Below, piece by piece: positions 6,898 to 17,218 of a stretch of DNA of 64,000 nt. A program made the position numbers and the translations under genes. The stretch is from a virus. Numbering within the stretch: position 1 is the stretch's first letter; each line of letters starts with the position of its first letter. The stretch is taken from positions 1 to 64,000 of IMG/VR virus record IMGVR_UViG_3300023174_000002, one strand, 5' to 3'. The notes beneath the pieces were generated by a model. It was not told the DNA's origin and ran no database searches. It saw only the letters and a program-made list of their open reading frames with translations.

Positions 6898-7530
6898 ATG
6901 AATCGAACAATTGCTATTTTTGTACACGATCCTGTTTGTGAAGTTGAATGTGCACTGGCTATGGAAGCCGCCTTTCAAGAACATTTTACGGTTAAACTGT
7001 TTGGTATCGAGGATCTTACTGACCATTTCTTGAGTACAGTAGACATTCTTGCATTTCCTGGAGGTATTGGCGATGCTGATGAGTATGATGCTATTTTTAC
7101 AGACGAACATATTGATATTGTTCGTGATTATGTTCAAAACGGTGGCAAATATCTAGGCATATGTATGGGGGCTTACTGGGCTGGTGCAAACTACTTTGAT
7201 TTGTTGTGGGAAGTAGAACCTGTACAGTATATTAATCGCCCAGGTGCTGAAATTACCGATGAAGGCCCAACCACAGCAGAAGTGTTGTGGGGCAATGAGT
7301 ACGAAGATATGTACTTTTATGATGGCTGTGCATTTATTGGTTGGACTCAAGATTGTGATGTAGTTGCCACCTATCAAAACGGCGATGCAATGGCTATCTA
7401 TCAAGGTAATTTGGGTTTGATTGGTTGCCATCCAGAAAGCGAGCAGTGGTGGTATGATCTAGATGAACTTAACCACTGGCATGGTGGTTGGCATAATGAT
7501 CTTCTTTGTGACTTTGCGATTAACCTATGA
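6898..7530 (+). CDS. BPL_N / class I glutamine amidotransferase-like protein
   Basis: AFPGG, GGKYLGICMGAY nucleophile elbow, GCHPE. Confidence 0.82.
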   Translation: MNRTIAIFVHDPVCEVECALAMEAAFQEHFTVKLFGIEDLTDHFLSTVDILAFPGGIGDADEYDAIFTDEHIDIVRDYVQNGGKYLGICMGAYWAGANYFDLLWEVEPVQYINRPGAEITDEGPTTAEVLWGNEYEDMYFYDGCAFIGWTQDCDVVATYQNGDAMAIYQGNLGLIGCHPESEQWWYDLDELNHWHGGWHNDLLCDFAINL

Positions 7531-8480
7531 CTATTAAACAATACCTAGACGCAGCAAGCCAAGCTTATTACGCAGGCTTTCCTATTATTAGTGACGAACA
7601 ATTTGATCGCCTAGCTGATGCTGCTAAGTATTCAACCGTAGGCGCACAAGCTGTGGGTACTAAGTCTAAGCACTACTATCCCATGTACTCACTGCAAAAG
7701 CACTATGAGGATGAAGGTAAGCCTAATCCTCTGGCTGGCATGGGCGACGTTACTATGAGTGTTAAACTAGACGGTGCTGCTATCAGCCTGCTCTATGTAG
7801 ACGGTCAATTGGTACAAGCGCTGACTCGTGGTGATGGGGTTGAGGGTCAGGTAATTACTGACAAGTTGCTTAGCAGCACTAGTCTAGTTCCACATTTTAT
7901 TAGGTATACTGGCGTGCTACAAGTTACTGGTGAGATTGTGGCTCCAAGCCATATCACAAATGCTCGTAACTATGCTGCAGGCGCACTCAATCTTAAAGAT
8001 ACCAGTGAGTTTGCTACCAGAGCAATTAGTTTCTTTGCATATGGTGTTCAGCCGTTTGTGGGTCAAACCTATGATGCAGATATGTTTATGCTTAAACGGT
8101 TTGGCTTTAATACTGTTCAAGAAACTGACTTAGAAAAAATCTACCCTACCGACGGCGTAGTTTTTAGACTTAACAATAATCATCAGTTTGAGGAGTTGGG
8201 CTATACCAGCAAACACCCCCGCGGTGCATATGCTCGCAAAGAGCGAGCTGAACACGTAGAAACTAAATTGCTAGATGTTGAGTGGCAAGTTGGTAAAAGT
8301 GGCAAAGTAACACCAGTAGCAATCCTAGAACCAGTATTAGTAGGCGATGCAATGGTAAGCCGAGCCACACTTAACAATCCAGGATTCATTGAAGCCCTAG
8401 GCCTGGAGATTGGAGACACCGTTGCCATTATCAGGGCAGGAGAAATTATTCCCTGCGTCTTACACAAGGTAGAGGCATAG
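7527..8480 (+). CDS. ligA: NAD-dependent DNA ligase subunit A (adenylation and OB domains)
   Basis: KLDG, ALTRGDG, TDGVV, WQVGKSG, RAGEIIP motifs. Confidence 0.95.
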   Translation: MTIKQYLDAASQAYYAGFPIISDEQFDRLADAAKYSTVGAQAVGTKSKHYYPMYSLQKHYEDEGKPNPLAGMGDVTMSVKLDGAAISLLYVDGQLVQALTRGDGVEGQVITDKLLSSTSLVPHFIRYTGVLQVTGEIVAPSHITNARNYAAGALNLKDTSEFATRAISFFAYGVQPFVGQTYDADMFMLKRFGFNTVQETDLEKIYPTDGVVFRLNNNHQFEELGYTSKHPRGAYARKERAEHVETKLLDVEWQVGKSGKVTPVAILEPVLVGDAMVSRATLNNPGFIEALGLEIGDTVAIIRAGEIIPCVLHKVEA

Positions 8481-8491
8481 AAAATTTAGAC

Positions 8492-8520
8492 TTGAAATGC
8501 ACTGCTTAATACTGTATAAT
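8492..8520 (+). promoter_or_regulatory. Sigma70-type promoter between the two ligase genes
   Basis: TTGAAA-17nt-TATAAT. Confidence 0.8.
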
Positions 8521-8546
8521 ACATTATTGAATTTGAAAAAAGCCAA

Positions 8547-9308
8547 ATGAAAATCAAAATTCCAACTACTTGTCCGTGTTGCGACTATACACTAGAGCTT
8601 GTCAATGACCAACTTTTTTGTCGTAATCAAGCCTGTAGCGCACAGCTAGGCAAAAAGTTGGAGCATTTTTGCAAGACATTGGGCATCAAAGGCATGGGTG
8701 CTAAAACACTAGAGAAACTTCAGCTAACTGATATTACTGAGATTTACTATCTCGAACTCGATCAAATTATTGCATCATTGGGTAGTGAAAAAATCGCAGT
8801 AAAATTGTTAGATGAAATTGATAAGTCTCGTAATAGTGATTTAGCAACCATCCTACCTGCTTTTAGTATTCCACTAGTAGGAAACACTGCTTCACAAAAA
8901 ATTGCTAAAATGGTAGAATCCATTGATGACATTACTCAAGAACAGTGTAAACAAGCAGGTTTAGGAGAAAAAGTTACTAATAATCTAATCTCTTGGCTAG
9001 AGACAGATTTTGTAGAAATGAGGGAGTTTTTGCCATTCTCTTTCAAAACAAGCAATAAGCCAGTAGCCAATGTAAGTGCCGAAAGCGTCTGCATAACTGG
9101 TAAATTAACTTCATTTAAAAACAAGGCGGAAGCCACTAAAGCGCTAGAAGATATGGGATTTAAGGTTACTGAGTCAGTAACTAAACAAACTAATTATCTA
9201 GTTGATGAAGATAATAAAGGCAGCTTAAAACGTACCAAGGCCGATCAACTCGGCATTACAATTATCGAAAACTTATCACAATTTTTAAACGAGAAAAAAT
9301 ATGACTGA
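8547..9308 (+). CDS. NAD-dependent DNA ligase subunit B (Zn finger, HhH, BRCT)
   Basis: CPCC...FCRNQAC, IKGMG HhH, VCITG...SVTKQTNYLV BRCT; split ligase as in T5. Confidence 0.92.
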   Translation: MKIKIPTTCPCCDYTLELVNDQLFCRNQACSAQLGKKLEHFCKTLGIKGMGAKTLEKLQLTDITEIYYLELDQIIASLGSEKIAVKLLDEIDKSRNSDLATILPAFSIPLVGNTASQKIAKMVESIDDITQEQCKQAGLGEKVTNNLISWLETDFVEMREFLPFSFKTSNKPVANVSAESVCITGKLTSFKNKAEATKALEDMGFKVTESVTKQTNYLVDEDNKGSLKRTKADQLGITIIENLSQFLNEKKYD

Positions 9309-10047
9309 AAAAACTAAAAAGTGGTCTGACGAAGCCGTTGCCAACCTTCTTGCAATTGTTGGACGCGAGTCCCCTGTATCGGTTGCTAAAGTTGAAGAGG
9401 CTGCTGAAGCATTGGAAGTATCTACCCGTAGTGTAGCTGCCAAACTGCGTCAGCTTGATCGCGAAGTCGCTAGTATGGCTAAAGAAAAAGTTAGTGCATT
9501 TTCTGACGAAGAAAGTCAGGGACTGTTTAAGTTTGTTACCAGCAATTCTGGTCGGTTTACTTACAAGCAAATTGCCGAGTCTTTTGCTGATGGAAAGTTT
9601 ACTGCTAAACAGATTCAAGGTAAACTGCTTGCACTTGAGTTGACCGGCAATGTTAAACCTGCTGAAAAAGTAGAAGTTGCTCGTAGTTATACCGATGCTG
9701 AAGAAGCAAAATTCATCTCTATGGCTGAGCGCGGTAGCTATATCGAAGATATTGCTAAGGCTCTTGACAAAACCGTTGCCTCGGTTCGTGGTAAGGCTCT
9801 TAGCCTGACTCGCAAAGGGCAAATTGCAAAGATCCCTGCTCAGCGTGAGTCGCACGCTAAAGATCAGGTTGATCCTATTGTAGCACTTGGCGAGCGTATC
9901 GCTAGTATGACCGTTGCAGAAATTGCAGCTGCAGTTGACAAAACTGAGCGCGGTCTACGTACTCTGCTTACCCGTCGCGGCATCAATGTTGCTGACTATA
10001 AGGGCGCTGATAAAAAGGCCAAAGCAGAAGCAAAAGCTGCTGCTTAA
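9301..10047 (+). CDS. T5 D5-like DNA-binding regulator
   Basis: STRSVAAKLR, QIQGKLLALELT, SVRGKALSL repeated HTH units; synteny. Confidence 0.85.
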   Translation: MTEKTKKWSDEAVANLLAIVGRESPVSVAKVEEAAEALEVSTRSVAAKLRQLDREVASMAKEKVSAFSDEESQGLFKFVTSNSGRFTYKQIAESFADGKFTAKQIQGKLLALELTGNVKPAEKVEVARSYTDAEEAKFISMAERGSYIEDIAKALDKTVASVRGKALSLTRKGQIAKIPAQRESHAKDQVDPIVALGERIASMTVAEIAAAVDKTERGLRTLLTRRGINVADYKGADKKAKAEAKAAA

Positions 10048-10062
10048 TAGTCATTAGGCAGT

Positions 10063-10098
10063 AAGGCCGGGAGTTTTTATAGGCTCCCGGCCTTTTTT
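10063..10098 (+). terminator. Rho-independent terminator
   Basis: AAGGCCGGGAG/CTCCCGGCCTT plus T tract. Confidence 0.85.
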
Positions 10099-10115
10099 AC
10101 TTTGGAAACCAGTAA

Positions 10116-10415
10116 ATGAAAGTTACAATTACATACCACGACTCTGAGTCGTTTACTGTCGAAGAAGTAGTAAAACAAGCAGTACATAACTATGGTCGTT
10201 TAGCTCAAGTAGAAGTAATGCCTGAGTCTACAATGGCCTATGATCATATCTATTTTGGATTACAACAACTTGTTACACACGAACAGTTAAGTTTGTTATT
10301 TGATCGTGGTAGTGGGTATCAACAAGATATTAAGCGGTTACGCGATCAAATTATTTATAAGGTAACAGAAATCGTAGACCAAGTAATCATAGATAATGAA
10401 TCTAAGGTAGGTTAA
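10116..10415 (+). CDS. Hypothetical protein
   Basis: ORF abutting the helicase gene. Confidence 0.7.
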   Translation: MKVTITYHDSESFTVEEVVKQAVHNYGRLAQVEVMPESTMAYDHIYFGLQQLVTHEQLSLLFDRGSGYQQDIKRLRDQIIYKVTEIVDQVIIDNESKVG

Positions 10416-10416
10416 T

Positions 10417-11799
10417 ATGGATGTTTCAGCCGTAGTCTTAAATAAGCTGCTTCAAGAGCAGAGCTTGGATATCTGGGCTAAATTGAAGCTAGTGTTTTTA
10501 GACCCGGCTTACTCGTCCTTGTATAGTGTTATCAATAAGCATTATGAAAAATACAATGCTATTCCTAATTTTGATGACCTAGAACTTACACTGCGAGAAG
10601 GTCCGGCAGCAAAAACTCTAGCAACATTAAAGCTAACTGAAGTTCCTGATGTAAGTGCTGAAATAGCCCTTGATGCGCTTATTGATCAGTATACACAAAA
10701 CGAAACAATAAAATTAATAGACAAGTTTATAGATAAACTGCCACTTTACGACTCAAACGAAATAAAAGAAAATTTAGCCACAATTGCACTTACAATTGAA
10801 GAAAAGACACATACCAGTGAAAAAGTCTTTACTATGGCCGATATTATGATGTTTCAGCATCCCGAAGAATTGGAGAAAGAACGTGTTTATCTTGGGCTTA
10901 ATAATACTTTTGATGCTGTACTTGGTGGTGTGGCTAGACAAGAACTCATCCTCATTGGAGGCAAAAGGGGTAGCGGTAAAAGTATTACTAGTAGTAACAT
11001 TTTTGTTAATCAGTATGAGTCTGGAAATAGTAGTCTTTACTTTTCTATTGAAATGACCGCGTATGAGACTATGCAAAGAAACCTGGCAATTTTAGCCAAT
11101 GTAAATTTGCAAAATCTTAAACAAAATAAATTAACTGACCAAGAACTATTAAGAGTAGTAAATGCTAGATCTGGGATGTTTGAAGGCGCGGAATCACTAG
11201 TAGATGAATTCTTACGACACCGTGATAGATTTAAATTCGAAGAAACACTAATCAGAAACTTTAAGCTAAAGCCAGATAATCAAATGATTATTGTAGATGA
11301 CAGAGACTTGACCCTAGGGGCTATTGACCTACACATTGGTAAAACTAAAGCTAAGTTTGGTGATAAACTAGGCGTTGTAGTAGTAGACTATGTTAATCAA
11401 ATTGTCCTAGAAGGTAATAGTCAATACGATTGGCAACCACAAATTGAAGTCTCAAAGAAATTAAAGAACTTGGCTAGAAAGTACGAAGTGGTAATAGTAA
11501 GTCCTTATCAAATCGACGCTACTGGTGAAGCCAGATTTGCCAAGGGTATCTTAGATGCAGCAGATATAGCACTAGTAATGGAGGCACATGAAAAAGACGC
11601 ACAAGCAATTAGTTTTGAAACAACAAAGATCAGGGGCGGAAAAGAGATGGCTTTTACATGCCCTATTGATTGGGACACACTCAGAATATCCCCCCAAAGT
11701 ATTGATCGCCCATCTAAAAAAGAACCTGTCAAAAAAGCAGGTAAAAAAACAGATAATCAAACACAAGAACTCGCAACTGATTTACCTTGGGACGCATAG
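10417..11799 (+). CDS. DnaB-like replicative helicase (T5 D6)
   Basis: Walker A GKRGSGKS, FSIEM, VVVDY. Confidence 0.92.
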   Translation: MDVSAVVLNKLLQEQSLDIWAKLKLVFLDPAYSSLYSVINKHYEKYNAIPNFDDLELTLREGPAAKTLATLKLTEVPDVSAEIALDALIDQYTQNETIKLIDKFIDKLPLYDSNEIKENLATIALTIEEKTHTSEKVFTMADIMMFQHPEELEKERVYLGLNNTFDAVLGGVARQELILIGGKRGSGKSITSSNIFVNQYESGNSSLYFSIEMTAYETMQRNLAILANVNLQNLKQNKLTDQELLRVVNARSGMFEGAESLVDEFLRHRDRFKFEETLIRNFKLKPDNQMIIVDDRDLTLGAIDLHIGKTKAKFGDKLGVVVVDYVNQIVLEGNSQYDWQPQIEVSKKLKNLARKYEVVIVSPYQIDATGEARFAKGILDAADIALVMEAHEKDAQAISFETTKIRGGKEMAFTCPIDWDTLRISPQSIDRPSKKEPVKKAGKKTDNQTQELATDLPWDA

Positions 11800-11801
11800 A
11801 G

Positions 11802-12653
11802 ATGGATCCTGTTTTAGACTTGATTCAAAAAAACGGATTGCAGTATCAGGTGTCCGGTCGAGACTACTTGATCAAATGTTTAAACCCAGAACACCCAGAT
11901 ACAAATCCGAGTTTTCGCATAGATCGTATCAGTGGCCTAGCTCATTGCTTTAGTTGTGGATTTAAAACTAATATATTCAAATATTATGGGGTTTTTACTA
12001 ATCCTATACCTATAAAGATTGCTAAACTAAAAGAAAAACTGCAGGAGTTAAAAACTTGGGCAGTAGGGCTAGAGCTTCCAACAGGAGCTACACCCTATAC
12101 TAAAACTTTTCGGGGAATTAGTCAACAAACACTAAAATACTTTGAGGCTTTTTATACTCACAGTGTAGAAAAACTTGCGGATAGAATTATATTTCCTATT
12201 AAAGATATAACTGGAAAAACAGTTGCTTATGTAGGCAGACACACTTTGTCAAACGGTAATCCTAGATATTTAAATTATCCTAGTAAAGTACAGCTTCCAC
12301 TATTTCCACCACAAGTACCTGCAGGCTATAAAAGTCTGGTACTTGTGGAAGGAATATTTGATATGCTTAATCTTTATGACAAAGGATTAAGAAATGTTAG
12401 TTGTACGTTTGGTACAAATACATTGCAAGCAGATACAAAGCTAAAATTACTGCCTTTTAAAGCACAGGGTGTTAGTCATATATACATATTATTTGACGGC
12501 GATGACGCAGGCAGAAAAGCTGCACAGATTATAAAACCAATTATTGAAGAATCGGAATTTATCGTAGAAATAATTAAACTACCAGATGATACAGATCCTG
12601 GCGAACTAGACCAGATTGATGTACAAAGCATTAGTGAATATATTAAAAAATAA
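11802..12653 (+). CDS. DNA primase
   Basis: CLNPEH...HCFSCG Zn domain; TOPRIM LVEGIFD and FDGDDAG. Confidence 0.93.
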   Translation: MDPVLDLIQKNGLQYQVSGRDYLIKCLNPEHPDTNPSFRIDRISGLAHCFSCGFKTNIFKYYGVFTNPIPIKIAKLKEKLQELKTWAVGLELPTGATPYTKTFRGISQQTLKYFEAFYTHSVEKLADRIIFPIKDITGKTVAYVGRHTLSNGNPRYLNYPSKVQLPLFPPQVPAGYKSLVLVEGIFDMLNLYDKGLRNVSCTFGTNTLQADTKLKLLPFKAQGVSHIYILFDGDDAGRKAAQIIKPIIEESEFIVEIIKLPDDTDPGELDQIDVQSISEYIKK

Positions 12654-12654
12654 C

Positions 12655-12683
12655 TTGATTTTACTAGTCGAATACGCTATAAT
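12655..12683 (+). promoter_or_regulatory. Sigma70-type promoter
   Basis: TTGATT-17nt-TATAAT. Confidence 0.72.
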
Positions 12684-12700
12684 AAAGTATTGGAGAATTT

Positions 12701-14983
12701 ATGAAAAAAGTTGCACTTATTGATAAAGCACCTAATCGTACCAGATATGCTGATCATTTTCCATTTGAATTTGATCACTTTCATATGAGTCAGGTTCCTA
12801 TTACAAAATTACTGAAAAAAGACGTTACACTTGAGTTCGACCCTAAACCGTATGATCTTATTATTCTAGTAGGCGCTGAAGCAGCTAAAGAATATGCTAA
12901 AGTTACTAGTGTAACTAATTATGCTGGTCAGCTAGTAAATGAAAAATTTGTGTGTATTACAAATCCAGCTATGCTGGCATTTAAACCCGAAGGTAAACCT
13001 GACTTTCAACGAGCTGTAGATAAGATTCTTAAGTATTATAATGATAGTGTTGCTGCACCTACTACTGGTGATTTTGCTGGTATTGATGACACAGACCAAG
13101 CCAAAGCCTACTTGCAAGAAATCTTGGCAAATGCCCAAGGTTATGTAGCTTGGGATACGGAAACAACTGCACTATATCCGCGTGATGGATACGTGCTTGG
13201 AGTTTCGCTAACCTACAAGGCCAAGCAAGGCCGATACATTCTTACAGATTGCATGGATGAAGAATGTATCCAGCTACTGCAACAAATTGCTAATGAGTTT
13301 GAGACTATCTTTCATAACATGAAGTTTGACTACAAGATGATTAAATATCATCTTGGCATTGACTTTAATAGGGCTAAAGTACATGATACTATGGTTATGC
13401 ATTATGCTCTAGACGAGACCGATAGTCATGGATTAAAACAACTAGCACTAAAATACACTGATTATGGTGACTATGATAGCGCACTGGATGAGTTTAAGCG
13501 GGACTATTGTAGTCAACACGGAATTTTTCAAGAAAACTTTAGCTATGACCTAATTCCGTTTAATATTATTAGCGAATACGCCAGTATTGACACAGCAGTA
13601 ACTTACGAACTATTTCACAAGTTTTTGCCAATCTTACAGGCTAATCAAAAACTATGGTGGGTTTATAAAAATTTGCTGGTAGACGGCACACTGTTCCTTA
13701 TGGATATGGAAGAAGTGGGTATTCCAATCTGTAAAGATCGTATGCAAAGGGCTAACTTGTATCTTGAGGACGAGATTCAACGTGCTAAAGAAGTGGTATT
13801 TAGTTTTGATGCAGTAAAACAGTTTGAACAAGCTAGTGGCAAAATCTTTAATCCTAATAGTGTAATGCAATTGCGAGAGGTATTATTTGACTATTTGGGG
13901 TTAGAACCAACTGGCAAGAAAACTGGCACCGGTGCTATTAGTACTGATGCAGAAGTTTTAGCACAACTTGCAGAAGAACATGAATTGCCAGGCGCAATCT
14001 TAAAAGTGCGTCAATTAAGTAAAATTCAAAATACCTATATTCAAAAAATCTTACCGGAACTAAACAAAGATGGGCGAATTCGTACAAATTTTAATCTTAT
14101 TTTTACCACTAGTGGCCGGTTGTCTAGTAGTGGCAAATTTAACGCTCAGCAGATTCCACGCGACAATCCAATCATCAAAGGCTGTATCCGTGCACCAGCT
14201 GGATACAAAATAGTCTCACAAGACTTGGCTACTGCAGAAATGTATTACGCTGCCGTGCTCAGTGCAGACAAAAATCTACAACAAGTATTTTCCAGCGGCG
14301 GCGACTTTCACAGCACAATTGCTAAAATGGTTTTTAACTTGCCGTGTCCTGTGGAAGAGGTTAAGAAACGTTATCCTAGTATGCGGCAAAGTGCTAAAGC
14401 AATCAGTTTTGGTATTCTTTATGGTAGTGGCCCAAGTAAAGTTTCGCAAACTGTATCAAAAGCTACCGGCGAAGTATATCCAGTTGAACAGGCTAAAGAA
14501 GATATTAAGGCTTACTTTACCAAATTCAACAAACTAAAACGTTGGCTTGATGAGCGTAAAGACTTTATTGAACAAAATGGATTTACTTATTCATTTTTTG
14601 GTCGTAAGCGTAGGCTTCCTAATGTATTTAGTAGCGATAAGGGTATTGCAGCACACGAAGTACGCAGCGGTATTAATGCTGAAGTACAGTCATTAGCCAG
14701 TGACGTTAATTTGCTTGCGGCTATGCGAACTGCTAGACATATTGTGCAAGAGGGCCTTGATGCAAAGATTTTTATGCTTGTACATGATTCTATTGTAGCC
14801 ATAGTTAGAGAAGATCATGTAGATGATTATTGTCAAATACTTAAACTAAATACTCAACACGATCATGGTTGCAGCATTGCTGGTACGCCTATTGGTGTAG
14901 ACCAAGATATTGGCGACGATTATAGTTTTGGAGATTTTAAGGCTACTTATGAATTTACTGGAGATAAGCTGGCCCGTATTTAG
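12701..14983 (+). CDS. polA: Family A DNA polymerase with 3'-5' exonuclease
   Basis: DTET, FHNMKFD, TSGRLSS, motif B RQSAKAISFGILYG, motif C VHDS. Confidence 0.96.
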   Translation: MKKVALIDKAPNRTRYADHFPFEFDHFHMSQVPITKLLKKDVTLEFDPKPYDLIILVGAEAAKEYAKVTSVTNYAGQLVNEKFVCITNPAMLAFKPEGKPDFQRAVDKILKYYNDSVAAPTTGDFAGIDDTDQAKAYLQEILANAQGYVAWDTETTALYPRDGYVLGVSLTYKAKQGRYILTDCMDEECIQLLQQIANEFETIFHNMKFDYKMIKYHLGIDFNRAKVHDTMVMHYALDETDSHGLKQLALKYTDYGDYDSALDEFKRDYCSQHGIFQENFSYDLIPFNIISEYASIDTAVTYELFHKFLPILQANQKLWWVYKNLLVDGTLFLMDMEEVGIPICKDRMQRANLYLEDEIQRAKEVVFSFDAVKQFEQASGKIFNPNSVMQLREVLFDYLGLEPTGKKTGTGAISTDAEVLAQLAEEHELPGAILKVRQLSKIQNTYIQKILPELNKDGRIRTNFNLIFTTSGRLSSSGKFNAQQIPRDNPIIKGCIRAPAGYKIVSQDLATAEMYYAAVLSADKNLQQVFSSGGDFHSTIAKMVFNLPCPVEEVKKRYPSMRQSAKAISFGILYGSGPSKVSQTVSKATGEVYPVEQAKEDIKAYFTKFNKLKRWLDERKDFIEQNGFTYSFFGRKRRLPNVFSSDKGIAAHEVRSGINAEVQSLASDVNLLAAMRTARHIVQEGLDAKIFMLVHDSIVAIVREDHVDDYCQILKLNTQHDHGCSIAGTPIGVDQDIGDDYSFGDFKATYEFTGDKLARI

Positions 14984-15476
14984 ACTAGGTGAACATAAAC
15001 CAATTCAAGAAGATGACCTTATTTACTACTCTAAGGAGTATGTAGATAAGGTCACGTTAGAGACTAAAGTAGGTTTACGTATTGTAGATGATAAATCTGT
15101 GCAAGGAGCTACCCTAGGATTGCGTAGATTGAGTATAGTAGACGCAAAACTATTTCCTATACGTCAAGCAGTATACTTTTTAGGTGATTTGATTAAAATA
15201 GCCAAACAAACAACTTGGTTTATTGATAACAGCGGAAAAATATTCCAGTACAGAAAATCTAGCCGCGCCAAGCTGACTGCGCACAAGATTAAAAAAGTTT
15301 TGCCGCTTGATGGTATGGGTGCTATAGTAGAAGTGGATGGTCTACCTCAGCGATTTAAGTGTATGTATGCTCCTAAACCAGAGCAATACTATGCAGGCAT
15401 ACTTCGCTGGGGCCTAGGCTATATATTATATGGATTTTATAATGAAGCATTTAAAGCAACACACAGGTTAGTATAA
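14949..15476 (+). CDS. T5-conserved hypothetical protein between pol and D10
   Basis: Synteny; ATG 14949 preferred over the upstream TTG. Confidence 0.7.
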   Translation: MNLLEISWPVFRLGEHKPIQEDDLIYYSKEYVDKVTLETKVGLRIVDDKSVQGATLGLRRLSIVDAKLFPIRQAVYFLGDLIKIAKQTTWFIDNSGKIFQYRKSSRAKLTAHKIKKVLPLDGMGAIVEVDGLPQRFKCMYAPKPEQYYAGILRWGLGYILYGFYNEAFKATHRLV

Positions 15477-16771
15477 TGGCAAAAGCAATTATTTCTAACA
15501 GAATTTACCTAGACAATCCAGGTGTAGAAGAGTCTAAACGTATAATAAAAACACTTACCTATAAAATCCATAAAGACACTGGCAGTAAGCAATTTAGTAC
15601 AGTAGAAACTATCAGAAACTATAAATTGCTGCCTAAAGGCATTTTAAGTATACCGCAAGGTAGATTAGATTTAATACCTAGTAATTATGAGATTGTAGAC
15701 AAACGCATAATTTTACCGGCTCCATTTCCAGAGCCAAAATTTCCTCTACGCGATTCACAGTTGGCAGTATATGAAGAAATTACAGATACTTGTTTTATCA
15801 ATGCTCTTGTGGGCTGGGGCAAAACTTTTACAGCCCTACACGTGGCTAGGAAACTGGGGCAGAAAACACTGGTTGTTACGCACACCACAGCATTACGAGA
15901 CCAGTGGATTGAAGAAGTAGAAACATTATTTGATATGCAAGTAGGTGTCATTGGTGGCGGCAAACTAGATTGGGAAGACCATGCTATTACAGTAGCCAAT
16001 GTTCAGACTTTGGTAAAACACAGCGCTAAACTAGCCAAAGAATTTGGTACTATAATCTTAGATGAAGCGCATCACTGTCCTGCTAATACTTTTTCACAAT
16101 TAATAGATGATTTTCATGCCCGTTACAGAATAGCACTTAGTGGTACTATGAACAGAAAAGACGGAAAACATATAATGTTTCCGGACTTTTTTGGCAGTAA
16201 AGTATACAGGCCACCACAATCGCATACCCTAAATCCAGAAGTTAAACTAATACAAACTGGTATTGCTCTTAAACCTGGTGCAACTTGGGTAGAAAAAATC
16301 AACGCACTCACTGAGGATCAAGACTATCAAGCATTTATCTCACAACTAGCAAAAATTCAAGTAGCACTTGGTCATCAAGTTTTAGTTATTGCAGACAGAG
16401 TTGGATTTTTACAAAAGGTAAAAGAATATGTTGGAGAAACGTGTGTGCTGGTTACTGGCGAAACCAATTTTGAACAACGTCAACAAATCAAGCAGCAACT
16501 ACTCACAAAAGAAAAAATGTGCATTGCTGGTAGCCGCCAAATCTTTAGCGAAGGTATCTCCATAAATTCGCTTAGTTGTGTTATCTTAGCAGTACCAATT
16601 GCAAATGATAGTTTGCTAGAACAGATTGTAGGCAGAATTCAGCGACAACACGATGATAAACTGCAACCAGTAGTCTTAGATATGCAATTTGCGGGTTATC
16701 AAGACAAAAAACAAAATAGGGATAGGCTAGGATTTTATATGCGTAAAGGTTGGGACATTGAACTGGTATAA
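15476..16771 (+). CDS. SF2 helicase (T5 D10)
   Basis: GWGKT, DEAH, LSGT, QIVGRIQR motifs. Confidence 0.93.
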   Translation: MAKAIISNRIYLDNPGVEESKRIIKTLTYKIHKDTGSKQFSTVETIRNYKLLPKGILSIPQGRLDLIPSNYEIVDKRIILPAPFPEPKFPLRDSQLAVYEEITDTCFINALVGWGKTFTALHVARKLGQKTLVVTHTTALRDQWIEEVETLFDMQVGVIGGGKLDWEDHAITVANVQTLVKHSAKLAKEFGTIILDEAHHCPANTFSQLIDDFHARYRIALSGTMNRKDGKHIMFPDFFGSKVYRPPQSHTLNPEVKLIQTGIALKPGATWVEKINALTEDQDYQAFISQLAKIQVALGHQVLVIADRVGFLQKVKEYVGETCVLVTGETNFEQRQQIKQQLLTKEKMCIAGSRQIFSEGISINSLSCVILAVPIANDSLLEQIVGRIQRQHDDKLQPVVLDMQFAGYQDKKQNRDRLGFYMRKGWDIELV

Positions 16772-16781
16772 AAATTTACAC

Positions 16782-16810
16782 TTGTAAATCCAACTTTACT
16801 GTGATATAAT
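16782..16810 (+). promoter_or_regulatory. Sigma70-type promoter
   Basis: TTGTAA-17nt-TATAAT. Confidence 0.68.
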
Positions 16811-16829
16811 ATATTCTTAGATCAGAGAA

Positions 16830-17216
16830 ATGACTTTATTTTTTAACCTTAAAATCCTAGAACGAGATACACAATGCAATGCCGAATACATGGTAGAAGC
16901 ATTGCACAAGTTTTATCTAGGTGTGACTATACCAAAAAATGTTCACGAAAAATACAAGCCATTACCCAGACTACGAGCAGGAAGTAGTTTTTTACTAAAG
17001 CCTGAGCAATTTTTCAATAACACGGGCATAGACTCAGCATATAGAGCACAATATATTAGATTAGCCGGATTACGCAATTATGGTTTATATAAAACTTACG
17101 GCATTAAATCACTAGATTTAACACTATATCCTGACATTGACTTAAACAAAATAAAGTCAAACCCGCTTTTAATAATCGCAAACAAACAAATTAAATTTAT
17201 ACACGAGGAAACTTAA
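16830..17216 (+). CDS. T5-like hypothetical protein preceding D11
   Basis: Synteny, full-length ORF. Confidence 0.65.
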   Translation: MTLFFNLKILERDTQCNAEYMVEALHKFYLGVTIPKNVHEKYKPLPRLRAGSSFLLKPEQFFNNTGIDSAYRAQYIRLAGLRNYGLYKTYGIKSLDLTLYPDIDLNKIKSNPLLIIANKQIKFIHEET

Positions 17217-17218
17217 AA

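Noticed and set aside
7527-9308. Split DNA ligase as a pseudogene or novelty
   Set aside because: A two-gene NAD ligase is a known T5-like trait and both parts have intact motifs
12701-13050. N-terminal extension of PolA as an active uracil-DNA glycosylase
   Set aside because: Only a degenerate resemblance (IILVG..A, NPA in place of HP); similar extensions occur in T5-type polymerases
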